Assembly: GCF_006345805.1 (NCBI RefSeq)
Contig: NC_043007.1
Span: 68,572,001 to 68,636,000 of the forward strand
Direction of reading: 5' to 3'
From: Octopus sinensis
Lineage: Eukaryota
DNA length: 64,000 bases
In this document: in pieces, positions 26,027-39,815 of the stretch
How the letters are laid out: the number at the start of each line of letters is the position of its first letter
How positions within the stretch are numbered: position 1 is the first letter of the stretch
The notes under the pieces: generated by a model
The model's input: the letters and a program-made list of their open reading frames with translations, nothing else
What the model was told of the DNA's origin: nothing
The model's database searches: none
Made by a program: the position numbers and the translations under genes

Positions 26027-27647
26027 CAGTGGCGGCCAAAATGTTCAGAACGGGATTGTTTTCGTCAGAAAAGTAGATATCATTTTTTATCAAAGTTGTT
26101 TTATATTCTATAATTTTCACTGACAATAAATACAATATTATTTGTTATTGCCTGAGATTTTGGTGTAATTTGAGAAGATAATACACATGTTATGGATAAT
26201 TTAGTGATTTACTGCAAAACCCATGGCGGCCAAAATGATCAGAACGGTTGCTTTTACTCCATGTTTTAGTATATTTAACCGGCGAACTCTAATGTTTTGA
26301 ATTTGTTTACGTGACAGTTCGTTTACTAAACATTACTAAGAATATTTGCAGTGTACTTTGTTAATATAATGCCACTTACTCCGCTACCAATTCGTCAGCA
26401 GATTATTAAGCTTCGAAGGAAGGATAATTGGATCTATTGCAAAGATTGTTAACAAGTCAAAAAGTGTTGTACACGGTATTCTTAAGGTCTACGATGACTG
26501 TGGTTCGTGTGAAGCAAGAGAGTTTACAGGTAGGCCTAGAAAAACGACCAAGAGAGAAGATCGTGCTATGGTAAAGTTGGTTAAAAAGGACAGATTTAAA
26601 ACTGCTGCTGCTGTTTCTCGGAAAATGAGCATTGTATTGAAGAAAACTTTATCTCGTAAAACTGTGTCTCGTCGTTTAGTTGAACATGACCTACAAGCAA
26701 GAGCACCTGCAGTGAAGCCACTGATCAGCTCCAAGAATAAAAAGTGTCGTCTTCCCTTTGCAACCGAACATGTGTTATGGTCGCAAGAAAAATGGCAAAC
26801 GGTGCATTTCAGTGATGAATCTAAGTTTCTGTTACTTGACTCAGATGGGAAAAGGTACGTTCGTAGAAAAGAAGGTGAAAAATTGTCGCCTAGATGCCTT
26901 GAGACTAGTGTTAAATTCGGTGGAGGAAGTGTCATGGTTTGGGGGATGATATCTGGAGATGGTGTGGGCCCTTTGGTGCGATTACATGGAAAGTTAAATG
27001 CAGGAGTTTATAAACAACTTGTAAAAGATCATGTCTTGCCTGTGCTGAGAAATTCAACTAAGCGACCACCCATATACATGCAGGACAATGCCCCATGTCA
27101 CAAGGCTAAGGTGGTCATGAACTTCCTCAAGGCTGAAAAGGTTATTGTTATGGATTGGCCTGCTCAAAGCCCAGATCTCAATCCTATTGAAAATGTATGG
27201 GATATTCTAGGAGAACGTTCGAAAGCCAGAAATCCTAAAACAACTGAGCAATTATGGAATGCCCTTCAGGAAGAATGGAATAAGATCACTCAGCAAGAAA
27301 TTGAAAATTTAATTTCCTCATGCAGTCGAAGATGTCAGAGTGTGATTGAAGCTAAAGGGCTTCACACTAAATATTAAATAAGTCCAGTATTCTCTGTCAT
27401 TTTTGATTATTTTGTTATTTTTTCGACCGTTCTGATCATTTTGGCCGCCATGTTTTTAGCAGTAAATCACTAAATCATCGATAACTTTTGTATTATCCTC
27501 TCAAATTACACCAAAATCTCAGACAATAACATTTAATATTATATTTATTGTCTGTGAAAATTATAGAATATAAAACTACTTTGATAAAAACTTATACTTA
27601 CTTTTCTGACGAAAACAATGCCGTTCTGAACATTTTGGCCGCAACTG
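26027..27647 (+). mobile_element. Full-length Tc1-family DNA transposon, IR/DR type, 1621 bp
   Basis: TA|cagtggcggccaaaatgttcagaacgg ... ccgttctgaacattttggccgcaactg|TA; TIRs of about 222 bp each with an inner repeat ggcggccaaaatgatcagaacgg (about 26222 and 27426-27452). Confidence 0.97.
26369..27377 (+). pseudogene. Tc1 transposase (DD34E) with one apparent frameshift near 26410-26420
   Basis: ATG at 26369 (MPLTPLPIRQQIIKLR) is out of frame with the open frame IGSIAKIV..GRPRKTT..HFSDESKF..QDNAPCH..SPDLNPIENVW..HTKY stop; 34 residues counted between second D and E. Confidence 0.93.
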
Positions 27648-27871
27648 TATGTATGTAAATATATATATATGTATGTATGTATATATATAGCGGAGTATGT
27701 GTGTAGCTTTTTGTTCGTGTTTGTGTTTGTCCCACACCAGCACTTGACAACTTAGCGGTCCGATAAAAGGGGGAGCTAGTATACGTAACAACTTTAAAAA
27801 AATTAATCTACTGAGGTTGTTTCATTCAGCTAAAATTCTGCAACGCAGTTCCGCAGTCTGCTGACTGAACC

Positions 27872-27998
<127 letters not shown>

Positions 27999-28030
27999 AT
28001 GTATACATATATGTATGTATATATGTATAT

Positions 28031-28098
<68 letters not shown>

Positions 28099-28109
28099 GT
28101 ATATATATA

Positions 28110-28445
28110 TCCATCATAATACGAGGTTTCCTTCTTCTATCAGTCTACAAGCCCTCTCTTCCTCGTCTTTAATAAGTATGTCTGGTCGATTAGTCTGAAT
28201 CGTTCTGTCGGTTTTGACTGCATAATTCCAGAGGATAGTGACATTTTTACCTCCAGCCACTGGCTTAGTATGATGTTCATATCAGTAAGCAGGAGAGCTG
28301 ATGTTGTAGTGTTTACATATTTTCCAATGGAAATACTGTCCTACCGTACCGTGGTGATTTTTGTATTCGTTTGTATTCATGTAGTGCCAGCACAGGAGGT
28401 CCCAAGACGAGATGGTCTATTGTTTCATCATCAGCACAGGACATA
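28110..28445 (-). pseudogene. R4/Dong fragment (knuckle-RLE)
   Basis: [41 protein letters not shown]; (TAA)n at the 5' junction. Confidence 0.85.
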
Positions 28446-28457
28446 TTATTATTATTA

Positions 28458-28690
28458 TTGAGTGAGAGAGCAGTGCATGCCATCAAAGTGACACTGGGGT
28501 AAAATATACGAAGCCCAATATACCCATCATGACTACCCGTCTGATAAGAGTACACCAGGCACATGCATCACAACCATATGTGCGCGACATGGTGATCTCA
28601 TATCAAGATAAACAGCACATGACCTTGCAGGTGGGGCCCAGTTAGAATTTTCTTCAGGTTGAGTAGCCAGAATTTTCTTCAGGTTGAGTA
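28458..28690. mobile_element. Unclassified interspersed repeat fragment ending in a 22-bp tandem duplication
   Basis: Non-microsatellite island bounded by (TTA)n; agaattttcttcaggttgagta at 28644 and 28669. Recalled as a common Octopus repeat, unverified. Confidence 0.4.
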
Positions 28691-28768
<78 letters not shown>

Positions 28769-28788
28769 TATTATTTATTATTATTATT

Positions 28789-28857
<69 letters not shown>

Positions 28858-28914
28858 TATTATTATTATTGTTGTTGTTGTTGTTGTTGTTATTATTGTT
28901 ATTATTATTGGGGT

Positions 28915-29075
28915 ATTTTGCTCTTCGTTCTGTTCGGAGTTCAAATTCGGCCGAGGTCAACTTCCCTTTCATCGTTTCAAGGTCTGTAAAATAAGTACCA
29001 GTTGAACACTGAGGTCGTTGTAATAGATTCATCCCCTCTCTCAAAACCCCTGTCCTTATGGAAAAGATTGAAAAC
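28915..29075 (+). mobile_element. 5'-truncated SINE family A
   Basis: gagttcaaattcggccgaggtcaactt core, followed by a long (TTA)n tail. Confidence 0.8.
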
Positions 29076-29085
29076 ATTATTATTA

Positions 29086-29198
<113 letters not shown>

Positions 29199-29244
29199 TA
29201 TTATTATTATTATTATTATCATCATTATTGTTATTATTAATACG

Positions 29245-29620
29245 CTTCACTCACAGCAATTGTTGCTAGTGGTGTAATACCGGTGCCAGTTGTCAATAAT
29301 CAGGGGACTGAGGTGATACCTTCAATTGTCAATCACTTTTCTAAGTATTCTTGCAGTTCCAAGAAATGATGTATTCTGTAAGCGCCTCACTCTGATGTTG
29401 TCTTCGATTTTTAAAACATTCTTTTCACTTCTGGCACTCAAAGTACTGAGCGCCCCGATAACACCAACACCAACACCAACTGGCAACTGACAACAGCCAC
29501 TGGCAACACCAACCTTTTCCGTTATCTACCAAGCTGTCAGTTCATATATCTCAATCTTCAATTCTTTGTCCCAAAGTTTAATCATCTGGTCAACCCAGAT
29601 TTAGAATCAAGCACTGTTTG
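29245..29620 (-). pseudogene. Decayed R4/Dong RLE C-terminus
   Basis: KELKIEIYEL, GVIGALS, LQNTSFLGTARILRKV on the minus strand, followed by (TAA)n. Confidence 0.7.
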
Positions 29621-31889
29621 TTGACTTAGTTAATCATCATAAAATCAGGTTTGTGTTGTTCATCTTCAATAGTCACATTGTACCATAAATTCCTTTAAAA
29701 TATTCGCATCGTCATTTTCTACAGCCTTTTTTGATTTGTGCTCATACAATTGGCTTACTCTTTCAAGACTGTATTTTCCGCACAACTCCCATTGAACGAT
29801 TTTTGCTATGTTATCATGGCGACGCTTGTATTTACCGAATTCCATTTAGAAGGTTATTCTTTCCTGGAGTACTGGACAAAAATAATTTTAGACGGCTTAT
29901 ATATTGTTTGTGCAGCATATATTTGTACTGTTACCCGTTCTTTAAAACAGCCCAAAAAGTGACAAAAAGAGGTGCCCCACCGGAGTAGTGATAGCAGCAA
30001 CCTCGAAATCACAAACAAACAACTCCTGCAACTTATTTATAATTGTGAAAGCAGACAAAATTAAAGAGTAGAAAAATTAAACAGACATAGCTTGAAGCAT
30101 AAATAAGCACTTACAGCTGCTAAATCGTAAACACAAACAAGAAATATAGTTGAAAACATAAGTGTTAATGAAAAAAGACATTACAACTAGTACGGAATAC
30201 GACGAAACCTTCTTCCCCAACAACATTTCAAATATTTGTTCTTTTGCAATTCCTTGTTGGTCGTAAGGAGCGCGTCGATTTGAGTTGATTGAAAGGAAAG
30301 ATTTATGTCGAGAAAGACTGAAGCTCTTTGACCCCAAAATTTACTTACGAAAAGACAGGAGGAGAGTGACTTACATCTGTTGTTCAAACAAAGAATTAGG
30401 ATTCCATATGTCCTCGACAGAACAAACGGAGGCAGTTCGAGCCGATGTGTAGAGGATGTGTACTTCATCGACCCGGTTGGAAAAGCAGAAGCGTGTGACG
30501 AGCCTTTAAGACCTAGAATAATGCGAAGAGATAGACAAAACTGATAAGCCACGGGCGAACCTGCTGACAAGATCGTTGGCGCTAATAAACGCTGGAATTA
30601 TGACTAATAATATTATTATGAATAGTCACTCTTGGCTTTACTTTACCTCTGTGAAGAATTAAAGGCATATATTGGGTGCTGAGAGTGACTCGACTCGCAA
30701 CATGTGGTCGAGTGAATGCTGCATGAACTTGTAGGTCCTTATGAATACAGGGCTATCCCGATGTTGCATAAAATTTAGGAGTTTGGGAGATGGTGAACCA
30801 TATCTTTGCTATGACATAGAAATCTGAGTGACTGAACACATGTTAAGGGCCACCTCAGCGCCTTTAACCGGAAGTACAAAGTAAAATTTAAAGGAAAGCA
30901 TCAGACAGAAAAGGCAACGTTTACAAATGGGACCTGTAGGGAGTACTATGCCTGCTTCTGCCACTGTTTGTGCAGCACAACAGGTCATAACTCTAAAACT
31001 AGACAGGGCGAAGGCAAAATCTAAAAAGAAATTTCCACTAGCACTAAGAGCGGTAGAGCTAAAACCTTGCTAACTCGGGATACTTCTCGCAGTTCTCAAC
31101 CAAAATCGAAGTCAGAAAGCGGATTAGTAGTTGGAATAATGTTGAAAAGGGAGAATTTGAACCGAAGAACTCTTAAGGCCGGTGCCTAATCCGGTCTCCA
31201 TCGCGTATAAAGGATTGGGATTACATCACTCCACCCCCTCCATGAACAGGATAACGTTTATCGCAGTTGCTGGAACTCATTCCTTAAGCGAAGTGAACTG
31301 TCGTTTCGCGAATTGAAGTGACTAGTTAAAAAACACAATGCTTCGCCTGATAGATAAATACATTACATATATGTACGTGATGTGTGCGTTCGTATCTGTG
31401 TGTGTATGTGAATATGTGTGTGTGAGTGTGTGATATCCTGAGGTTAGTTATATAATATACATGATAACATAAAAATGTTATCGAGACCGTCAATGCGATG
31501 ACCTCACAGATCATCCACATCCTGACTGACTTGTTGATTTCAATAAGGTTTTATCTTAAGTGTTGGGGCGACAAAAAAACCACTCCATTGGTTGAGGCAA
31601 ATAAATAGCTGGAAATCCCAGTCGTTCAAATTCGTATTCATCAACTGGTGGAACGGCTGCATGATTCAGGGAGAAACAGAGAAAAAGTGCGATATTTCAA
31701 AAGAAGATAGGAGAAAAATTTAACAAACACAAAACATTATTGACTTTGGTTATTAGAAAATGCATCTCAAGCGTTCCTCGGAATATATTCGGGTAAGTTC
31801 GTTTTAGAAAATGTTTATGAACAAAAGACAAACTAAGCTTGTTGAAGGTGATCAAAATTGATGTTCGGCATCAGTTGTTAGTTGTCGGA

Positions 31890-32185
<296 letters not shown>

Positions 32186-32409
32186 CCCAGGCAGTAGCAT
32201 CGTATTTCTTTGTAGTTAGTTTACCATTATGTATTTTATGTACAAATTATAAAACCCAAATTAATATACTCTAATATATATATATATGTTTTTCACTATC
32301 CTCGGTATATCCTATTTCTTTATACAACACCATATAACTTGCAACACCTTTTATTTAATACACAGTGTCGACATCAAATATGATTGCGACCATGTGACCA
32401 GTAGAACTC

Positions 32410-32610
32410 ACATCAACCGTTAGCACGTCGGGCAAAACGCTTTGTGGCACTTTGTCTGTCCTTACGTTCTGACTTCAAATTCCGCCGAGATCGACTTTGC
32501 CTTTCATCCTTTCGGGGTCGAGAAATTGAGTACCAGTGAAACACTGGTTTCGATGTAGTCGACTAGTCCCCTCCCCTCAAATTTCACGCCTTGTGCCTAT
32601 AGTAGAAATT
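32410..32610 (+). mobile_element. SINE family A with compound TTA/TAG tail
   Basis: gttagcacgtcgggcaaaacgc..gccgagatcgactttgcctttcatcctttcggggtcg..gtgcctatagtagaa. Confidence 0.88.
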
Positions 32611-32614
32611 ATTG

Positions 32615-32709
<95 letters not shown>

Positions 32710-33489
32710 TAGTAGTAGTAGTAGTATTTCTGCTGAACACACGACAGACGTATTTTCGAACGCCCGAAGTAAGTCTCGTTTAAAACTTTATTTTCCATAC
32801 GATTTTTGCCGCTTTTCGTTTAAACATTGTTCCATTTTGTCAAGAGACACTCTAGGGACCTGGCAGTGGGTTCCTGTGTTTGTTAAGCCCAAATAAATTC
32901 AGCGGGCATTTTATTCCGATACAAATAAACAAGGTGGCGGAATGCATCTTGGAAAAGTTAGTGAAAAAAAAAACGCACCGCCTCAAAAATAAATTGAATA
33001 CTGTGATTTCTCTCCTCTTCCCTCCGTTACTGACAACATTATAATAAAGTGGGGAGAAAAGGAAGAGCGAAGAAGTTCAAAGTAATAGCAAAGAGTGAAG
33101 AGCGCAACGAGCATGATCAACTTCCCTCGCAATAGTTGCCTGATGCCGCGTATATACACATGTAGCAACACACTGAACACACACACACACACACAGACAC
33201 ACACACGCACATATGCATGTGATGGAGACATCGAGGTCCACGGGATCTAGAGCCTAGTCTTCTTACTCTGAATTTTCATGAGAATTACGTCTGTAAAAAG
33301 CTGTCACATACAAGCTAACTCAATAAGCGGTTGAACCAAACGTTAAATGCCCATTGAACTGAGATACATTACATATATGTACGTGATGTGTGCGTTCGTA
33401 TCTGTGTGTGTATGTTAATATGTGTGTGTGAGTGTGTGATATCCTGAGGTTAGATATATAATATACATGATAACATAAAAATGTTATCG

Positions 33490-33720
33490 AGACCGTCAAT
33501 GCGATGACCTTCCCAGATCATCCACATCCTGACTGACTTGTTGATTTCAATAAGGTTTTATCTTCTAGACTCATCTACGGGGATCCGCACCATTAGGGAA
33601 TTGACCCTGGAGATCGGATACCATCACCCGTCACCTTTTGACAAAATATATAAATTTAATGCATGGGTGCCGCACGCTCTGAACGAAAGAGACAAACTCC
33701 AGTGCTTCTCTATTTGAGCA
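33490..33720 (+). pseudogene. Mariner fragment (HTH linker region)
   Basis: D.PDHPHPD..GDP..TIRELT..WVPHALNERDK, i.e. WVPHEL-type motif. Confidence 0.65.
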
Positions 33721-34554
33721 AGTGCATGTGTGCCTGAGTGTGTGTGTGTGTGTGTGTATGTGTGTGTGTGTGTGTGTATGTGTGTGTGTGCGTGTGTGTG
33801 TGTGCGTGTGTGTGTGTGTATTTCTTAAGAATAAATATATTTTATACAGGATAACATATAATCAAAGTTATCAAGAGCGCTAGTTCGACGACCCTGAAAC
33901 AATTTCTTAAAGTTGATTTCGTTTAACGTTTCTTCGTAGAAGATGCAAAAGCCATTAGATTTCAGTAACGAAAAACGTTTATACTGAGGAGCAGGCTTTT
34001 ACATAAAGTAGGTGTTGGATTTGACTATGTAATAAATATACGCACATATCAGTTTAGGACAATTTGAAATATCGATTAACACTGAAATAGGGTATTGATT
34101 GCAAAGCGTAAAGCAATTTTATTTTAATGGAGAAGAAAATAGAGGAAACAGCAGAAAAAAGAAGAAAAGCTTTCTACTTCAGTATTGAAAGTTCTTCTAT
34201 GAAATATGAGAAACTAAGTTAGCAGCAAATTTGTCATATTTAGAACATGATACTTATATTTAAAGCCTGTTTTTATATTCACATACACATAAGCACACAC
34301 ACGCACGCATACATACACTAACACTAAGAGTATTGTATACAGCACATAAGTAAGTGCACGTGTAGGTTTATATTTGTGTGTGTGTGTGTGTGTGTATATG
34401 TATGCATGTGTATACATGTGAGTGCATGTGCGTTTATAAATATATTACACATATACATATATACACATATGCATGCACATATATACGTTTACACACGCTC
34501 GCAAGCTCACACACACACACACACATATATATATATTTATTTATTTATTTATTT

Positions 34555-34972
34555 GTGGCTATGTGGTAAGTAGCTTGCTTACCAACCACATGGTTCCGGG
34601 TTCAGTCCTGCTGCGTAGCACTTTGAAAAAGCGTATTCTACTATAGTCTCGGGCCGACTAAAGAGCCTTGTGAGTGGATTTGGTAGGCGGAAACTAAAAG
34701 AACCCTGTTGTGTATATATATATATGTGTGTGTGTGTTTGAGTGTGTACTTGTGTGTTTGTGTGTGTCAATTTGTGCGTCTATGCTTGTCCCCTCAGCAT
34801 CGCTGACAACCGACGTTGGTGTGTTCACGTCTCCGTAACTTAGCGGTTTGGCAAAAGCGATGGATAGAATATGTACTAGGCTTACAAAGAATAAGTCCTT
34901 GGATTGATTTGTTCGACTAAAGGCGGTGCTCCAGCATGGCGGCATTCAAATGACTGAAACAAGTAAAAGAGT
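34555..34972 (+). mobile_element. SINE family B, complete, with internal (TA/TG)n microsatellite
   Basis: ggctatgtggtaag..ggttccgggttcagtcc head; tail gtgctccagcatggc..tgactgaaacaagtaaaaga. Confidence 0.9.
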
Positions 34973-34993
34973 ATATGAGTATATATATATATG

Positions 34994-35039
<46 letters not shown>

Positions 35040-35133
35040 ATATATATATGCGTAATATATGTTTATATATTTATATGCGTATATGTAAATATTGATATGC
35101 ATATCTACTCACATACGCATATACGCATATATA

Positions 35134-35405
35134 TCTCTTATTATAAAAGGCAGATTTTATCTGCCTCCCTTTGGGAGTTATACAAATCTACAATATAGGA
35201 TTTCTTCAATACAATTTACCTACCATTTTTAAGAGTACAATGCATCGCGTCATGCCAGGTCTAGTTTTTAAAATTTTAACTCCAATTAAGCAAAATTTAC
35301 AGAAAACTCACATTCTGGTGTGTGTGTCAAATGCTTTTCTTAGTCTGGTTTACACCACACGCAAACGCACACACACAGTGGGCAACGAATAAAGTGAAAC
35401 TAGAT
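35134..35405 (+). mobile_element. Possible non-autonomous Helitron/Helentron-like element 5' part
   Basis: a|tctcttattataaaa start with a subterminal hairpin ggcagat-ttt-atctgcc; 3' end not established. Confidence 0.35.
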
Positions 35406-35614
35406 GTAATATTTGTTTCTCTCTATCACGCTGATAGATACATGAGTAAAATGTATGGGAAGCTAACACATAAGTGTGAGTGAAAATGTTCTTGGAAGAG
35501 AGTAAATAGCCAGAGATAGTGATTTGAGGAAGACTTTACATTAAATAACCGTACTGGCTTGTGTTAGTAATAAAGTAAACATACACTCATACATACATAC
35601 ATACATACATACAT

Positions 35615-35651
<37 letters not shown>

Positions 35652-36059
35652 TACATACATACACACACACATACATACACACATACATACATACATACAT
35701 ATACATACATACATACACACACACACACATACACACACACAGTATTGAAGCTTGAGAACAATCAGATACATTTGCAACACATCTGTTGAAAATATTATTG
35801 TTCACACACATACATATACATATATACATACAGACAGACAGACAGATAGACACACACACACACACACACACACATGATCCAGCATGGCCACAACCTCAAG
35901 GCTGAAACATATAAAAGAATAACAGAATATAAATGTGTGCATGTGTGTGAGAGAGAGAGTGTGTGTGTATATGTATGTACGTATGTATGTATATATATAT
36001 AATAATGCGGTTTTTTCAACAGCTTGAACTAAAAGTCAGAGGGGAATGGGATAAACTAC

Positions 36060-36592
36060 TTATATTAAATTGCTATAAAAGCAGGTAGTAATTTTATCTT
36101 GTCCTTATTCATAGTGCAAGTTTTGAAGAGTGCATTTCGATTTTAACAGCTATTTTTTTCAAAGCTATATTGGAAGTAACAAAGAGCATATTTGGCATAT
36201 TTTGCTTTATGAGTTCAATAAAGACAACAACGCAACGGAAAGTACAAGAAATATTAATGCAGTATATGGGGATTGGACAATAAGCGTAAGGCAGTGTCAA
36301 TGGTGGTTCCAGAAATTCCGAGCCATAAACTACAGCCTAGAAGACGAGTCTCATCCTGAAAGATCTGTAGAACTCGACAAGAACATCCTGAAAACCCTGG
36401 TGGAACAAAATCTCATCGTAACTGTTGAGGAACTAGCAGAGAAGCTTGGATTTGGTCATTCAACCATTCATTGAGACCTGTGTGCTATCGGAAAAGTCAG
36501 CAAATTGGGTCAATGGGTTCCTCACGAACTTTCCGAGTCTAATTGCATGCAGAGAGTGAATGTATGCTTTTCTTTGCTGTCACATCTCACCA
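36060..36592 (+). pseudogene. Mariner transposase N-terminal half
   Basis: KEHIWHILLYEFNK..NATESTRNINAVYG..QWWFQKFR..TVEELAEKLG..GQWVPHEL. Confidence 0.92.
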
Positions 36593-36609
36593 CTAATGCG
36601 CTATGTATG

Positions 36610-37244
36610 TCTATATATATAAAACTGTAGTTGTGTGAGTGTCTGTCCCCTTCGATTTAGATTCCTAACTACTCCCACATTTTGCGGTGCAGTTTAACCA
36701 AATTCGGGTAGCTTATAGTCGTGATTCATATCGAGCCCGTCTGAGTATTAGCGCGCGTCTACAATGAGTCTACGATTTTAAAAATAATTTCACATCATTT
36801 TTTATTCCATTTTAATGCATAATTTTTCGTGTGTCGATGGCGGCGGAGTTGGCGTCCATACTCACACCTGCACCTGTGGGGAAGGGAGTGTACGGAAATC
36901 AACGTCGTAATGCGTTGTCAAGGAGACCAGCGTTCTTTTAGAACAACGACTTCATGGCTTGAAGACACCAAAACAGAAATGGCTAAGAAAGCGTCTACAT
37001 GAGTCTACGATTTAAAAAAAAAATTACCATCGTTTTTTTTCCATTTTAATGCATTTTTTCGCTATTATATAAGGGAAGTAACTCTCTAAAAATGTCTACG
37101 ATGAGTCAACGATTTAAAAAAAAATTTACCATCATATTTTTTCCATTTTTAATGCATTTTTTGCTATTTTTTGGCTATAACTCTAAAAATGCTTATATAG
37201 TTATTTCCCTTACAAACCCGAGCAACGCCGGGCGATACTGCTAG
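36610..37244 (+). mobile_element. Non-autonomous Helitron (635 bp)
   Basis: 5' TCtatatatataaaa; 3' hairpin cccg-agcaacgc-cggg then CTAG|t; three internal copies of gtctac..tgagtc.acgatttaaaaa..ccattttaatgcat. Confidence 0.85.
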
Positions 37245-37984
37245 TATATATATATACGTGCGTACATATATGTGTGTATTCATACACACAAACACACATA
37301 TATATACATACATGCATACATACACACAGACATACCACACACACACACACACACACACACATATGTGTGTGTGTGAGAGAGAGACAGTGTTTTGAGGGAT
37401 ATATTATCCGGGTGGATAATATGCATATGTGTATATATATACCTGTATGTTTGCATATATACATGCTTATATCTCTCTATCTATGCATATCAATATACAC
37501 ATGCTGTTGTGATGGTGGTGGTGGTGGTGGTATATGTGTGTGTCTGTGAGTGGTTTGATGCGTGCGTATTTATGTATGACAACGATGTACATGAACGTAG
37601 CATTCGAATTTTAGTGCAAGTAAGCAAAGTATTTCATGGCTACATTTTCTGCCTTTCCGCATGAAATACCGTACAACGCACAGAATTTAAGAATTATTGA
37701 CTGTAAGTTACATCTTCATAATTCTTCTATTATTAAACCCTAATTCACCTACGAAGAACTACACTTTTAAGTTCACATTATAAAGCCATTGTTTAAGTCG
37801 AGAAATATTTTACATAATAGAATGGAATTTAACTGTGTAGAAGAATTTGCTTTCTGTATCAACGAGAAGTAATAACCCTCTTTAAAATAGCATGAAATCG
37901 GTTTCAGAGTGCTTTACTCGAAGTATATCAATTCAGATGCTTAAGTAATACGTCTTGCAGCAATTGTTATTTGTTGATATATGT

Positions 37985-38545
37985 TCTGTGGTAAAAGGTG
38001 TGACTTTCGTTCAACAGCAGCTGAGTTGATGAATCGTCATCGAAATATTTTTGATCAGTTGAACGCGAATGTGTTCTTAGATAAGTACACTGGAGAGGAC
38101 GAAGCCTCAACACATATCTGTGCATCATCAACCACAGCATGCCCAGTCTTCTGCTCTGTGGGTATTGACGGTAGATGGAGCGCCTGGCCACCAGACTGCA
38201 TCACTTTTACAAAAGGTGTAAGTGCGCATGCTACAGTTCAGTAAGATGGAACCTATATCAAGGCATGATGGTCACTTACTAATATGTGACAGAGGTGTTA
38301 TACACGTTCGCCACTTTTGCCCGGACTTTCAGGAATAGCTTATTCTCCACCTGTTTCTGGGTGAAATCAACTACCCTGCTTGACACTTCATCCCAGTTCT
38401 TCTTTTGGGGATGTGAACCAAACAAGACCGCAAGCAATTCAACTGATCCGTCCAGTGTCCCACGGTGTTTTGGACGGCATGGACCTGCCTCTCTGAGAGG
38501 CCGAGCAATCCACTAACTTTTCTTGGTTGATTTTTGATTCTCTTA
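37985..38545 (-). pseudogene. Old Tx1/L1-clade fragment homologous to 46850-47300
   Basis: catcatcaaccacagcatgcccag matches catcatcaaccacggcatgcccag; the minus strand gives GMLWLMMHRYVLRLR and SVELLAVLFGS..KKNWDEVSSRVVD. Confidence 0.85.
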
Positions 38546-38569
38546 CTGTCTCCTATTATCTAGAATAAT

Positions 38570-38990
38570 AATCCTTTCTACTATAGGTACAAAGCCTGAA
38601 ATTTGGGTAAGGAGGATATTCAATTATATCGATCCAAATACTCAACCAAGTACTTATTTTATCGACCCCGAAAAGCATAGTCGACCTCGGCAGAATTTGA
38701 CTTTGCATTCCATTCTTTAGGGGGTCGATTAAAAATAAGTACCAGCTGAGTACTTGGGTAGATATAATCGACTATTACTAATACTAATATTACCTATAAT
38801 AATAATTTTGGTGGGCACAAATCTTGAATTTTTAGGGGAGGGAGAAAATGAATTATACTGATATTATAGTTGATACTTTATTTTCTCAACTTCAAAAGGA
38901 TTAAAAGCAAAGTTAACCTCGGCGGAATTTGGACACAGGGCGCAGAGTTGGGATAAATACCGCGAAACATGTCTGACACTCTACCGACAC
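38570..38990. mobile_element. Cluster of three SINE family A fragments (-,+,-)
   Basis: Minus core 38570-38700, plus core 38700-38775, minus copy about 38800-38990. Confidence 0.7.
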
Positions 38991-39773
38991 TTCACCGTTC
39001 AGTGATTAAAAAAAAATCATCTTGAAATATTCAGTAAAGTTAGAGAATACGTTAGCAAAGTTAAGTAATATAATAAATTATGGTAAGAAACTTGAAAACA
39101 TGCTGAAGTATGCTAACAACTTCAATGTTTTAAAGACTGCAATGATACAACAAAATAAGGAAACGATGCATGCATAATTCAGTTACATTCATATTGATAA
39201 CGAAAGTTGGCCGGTGGGGATAGAATTTCAAAGACGTTGAGAAGTAGACATCAGTTCCTATATGATTGCTTCCATGGATTTCTTACGAGATCATAGACGA
39301 ATGGAAAGCATCTTATGAATATAGCTGCTTCTTCAGAAATGGTTTTCCAAGATTGATTTGTTGTACATGGATTTTATAGATTGGTTTTTCATTTATATCT
39401 GAGATTGAGTAGATTACAAGTCTTAGCAAACTAGTTTAATGGTTGTTGAATCATTTATAACGGGATTTGAACCAGCAGCGGTTTCACGGAAAATTCAGTT
39501 TGACTAACAGTCCATTATACAATATAATTCAATTCATTATACAATACAGCTGTTTCTAAAAGTCCGGTTGGTCACTTTCCTTCTCTTTTGAAAAGTAAAT
39601 TTATTTCACACGTATAATATACCTTGCTATTAAGTGTGTATATGTAATTATGTATGTCTGTACACACATGTATATATATATATATATGGGGAGAGAGAGA
39701 GAGAGAGAGAGCGTTTGCGTGTATGTGTGTACATATATGCGAATGTGTTTATATATATATATATAATATATAT

Positions 39774-39815
<42 letters not shown>

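Larger units (their letters stand above)
25835..27780 (+). mobile_element. SINE family B (internal microsatellite type) split by the Tc1 insertion; SINE parts 25835-26024 and 27650-27780
   Basis: Head and gaccaaagccttgt..gaaagaagcc.gtcg left of Tc1; tgtttgtccc..cacttgacaac right of Tc1; colinear with the intact copy at 34555. Confidence 0.75.

Noticed and set aside
29715-29988. Possible host exon after ttttctacag with two overlapping ORFs
   Set aside because: No recognisable domain, no convincing donor, and no partner exons.
30187-30600. 127-aa minus ORF and a plus-strand SICPR motif
   Set aside because: Possibly a very old L1/Tx1 3' remnant, but similarity is too weak to call.
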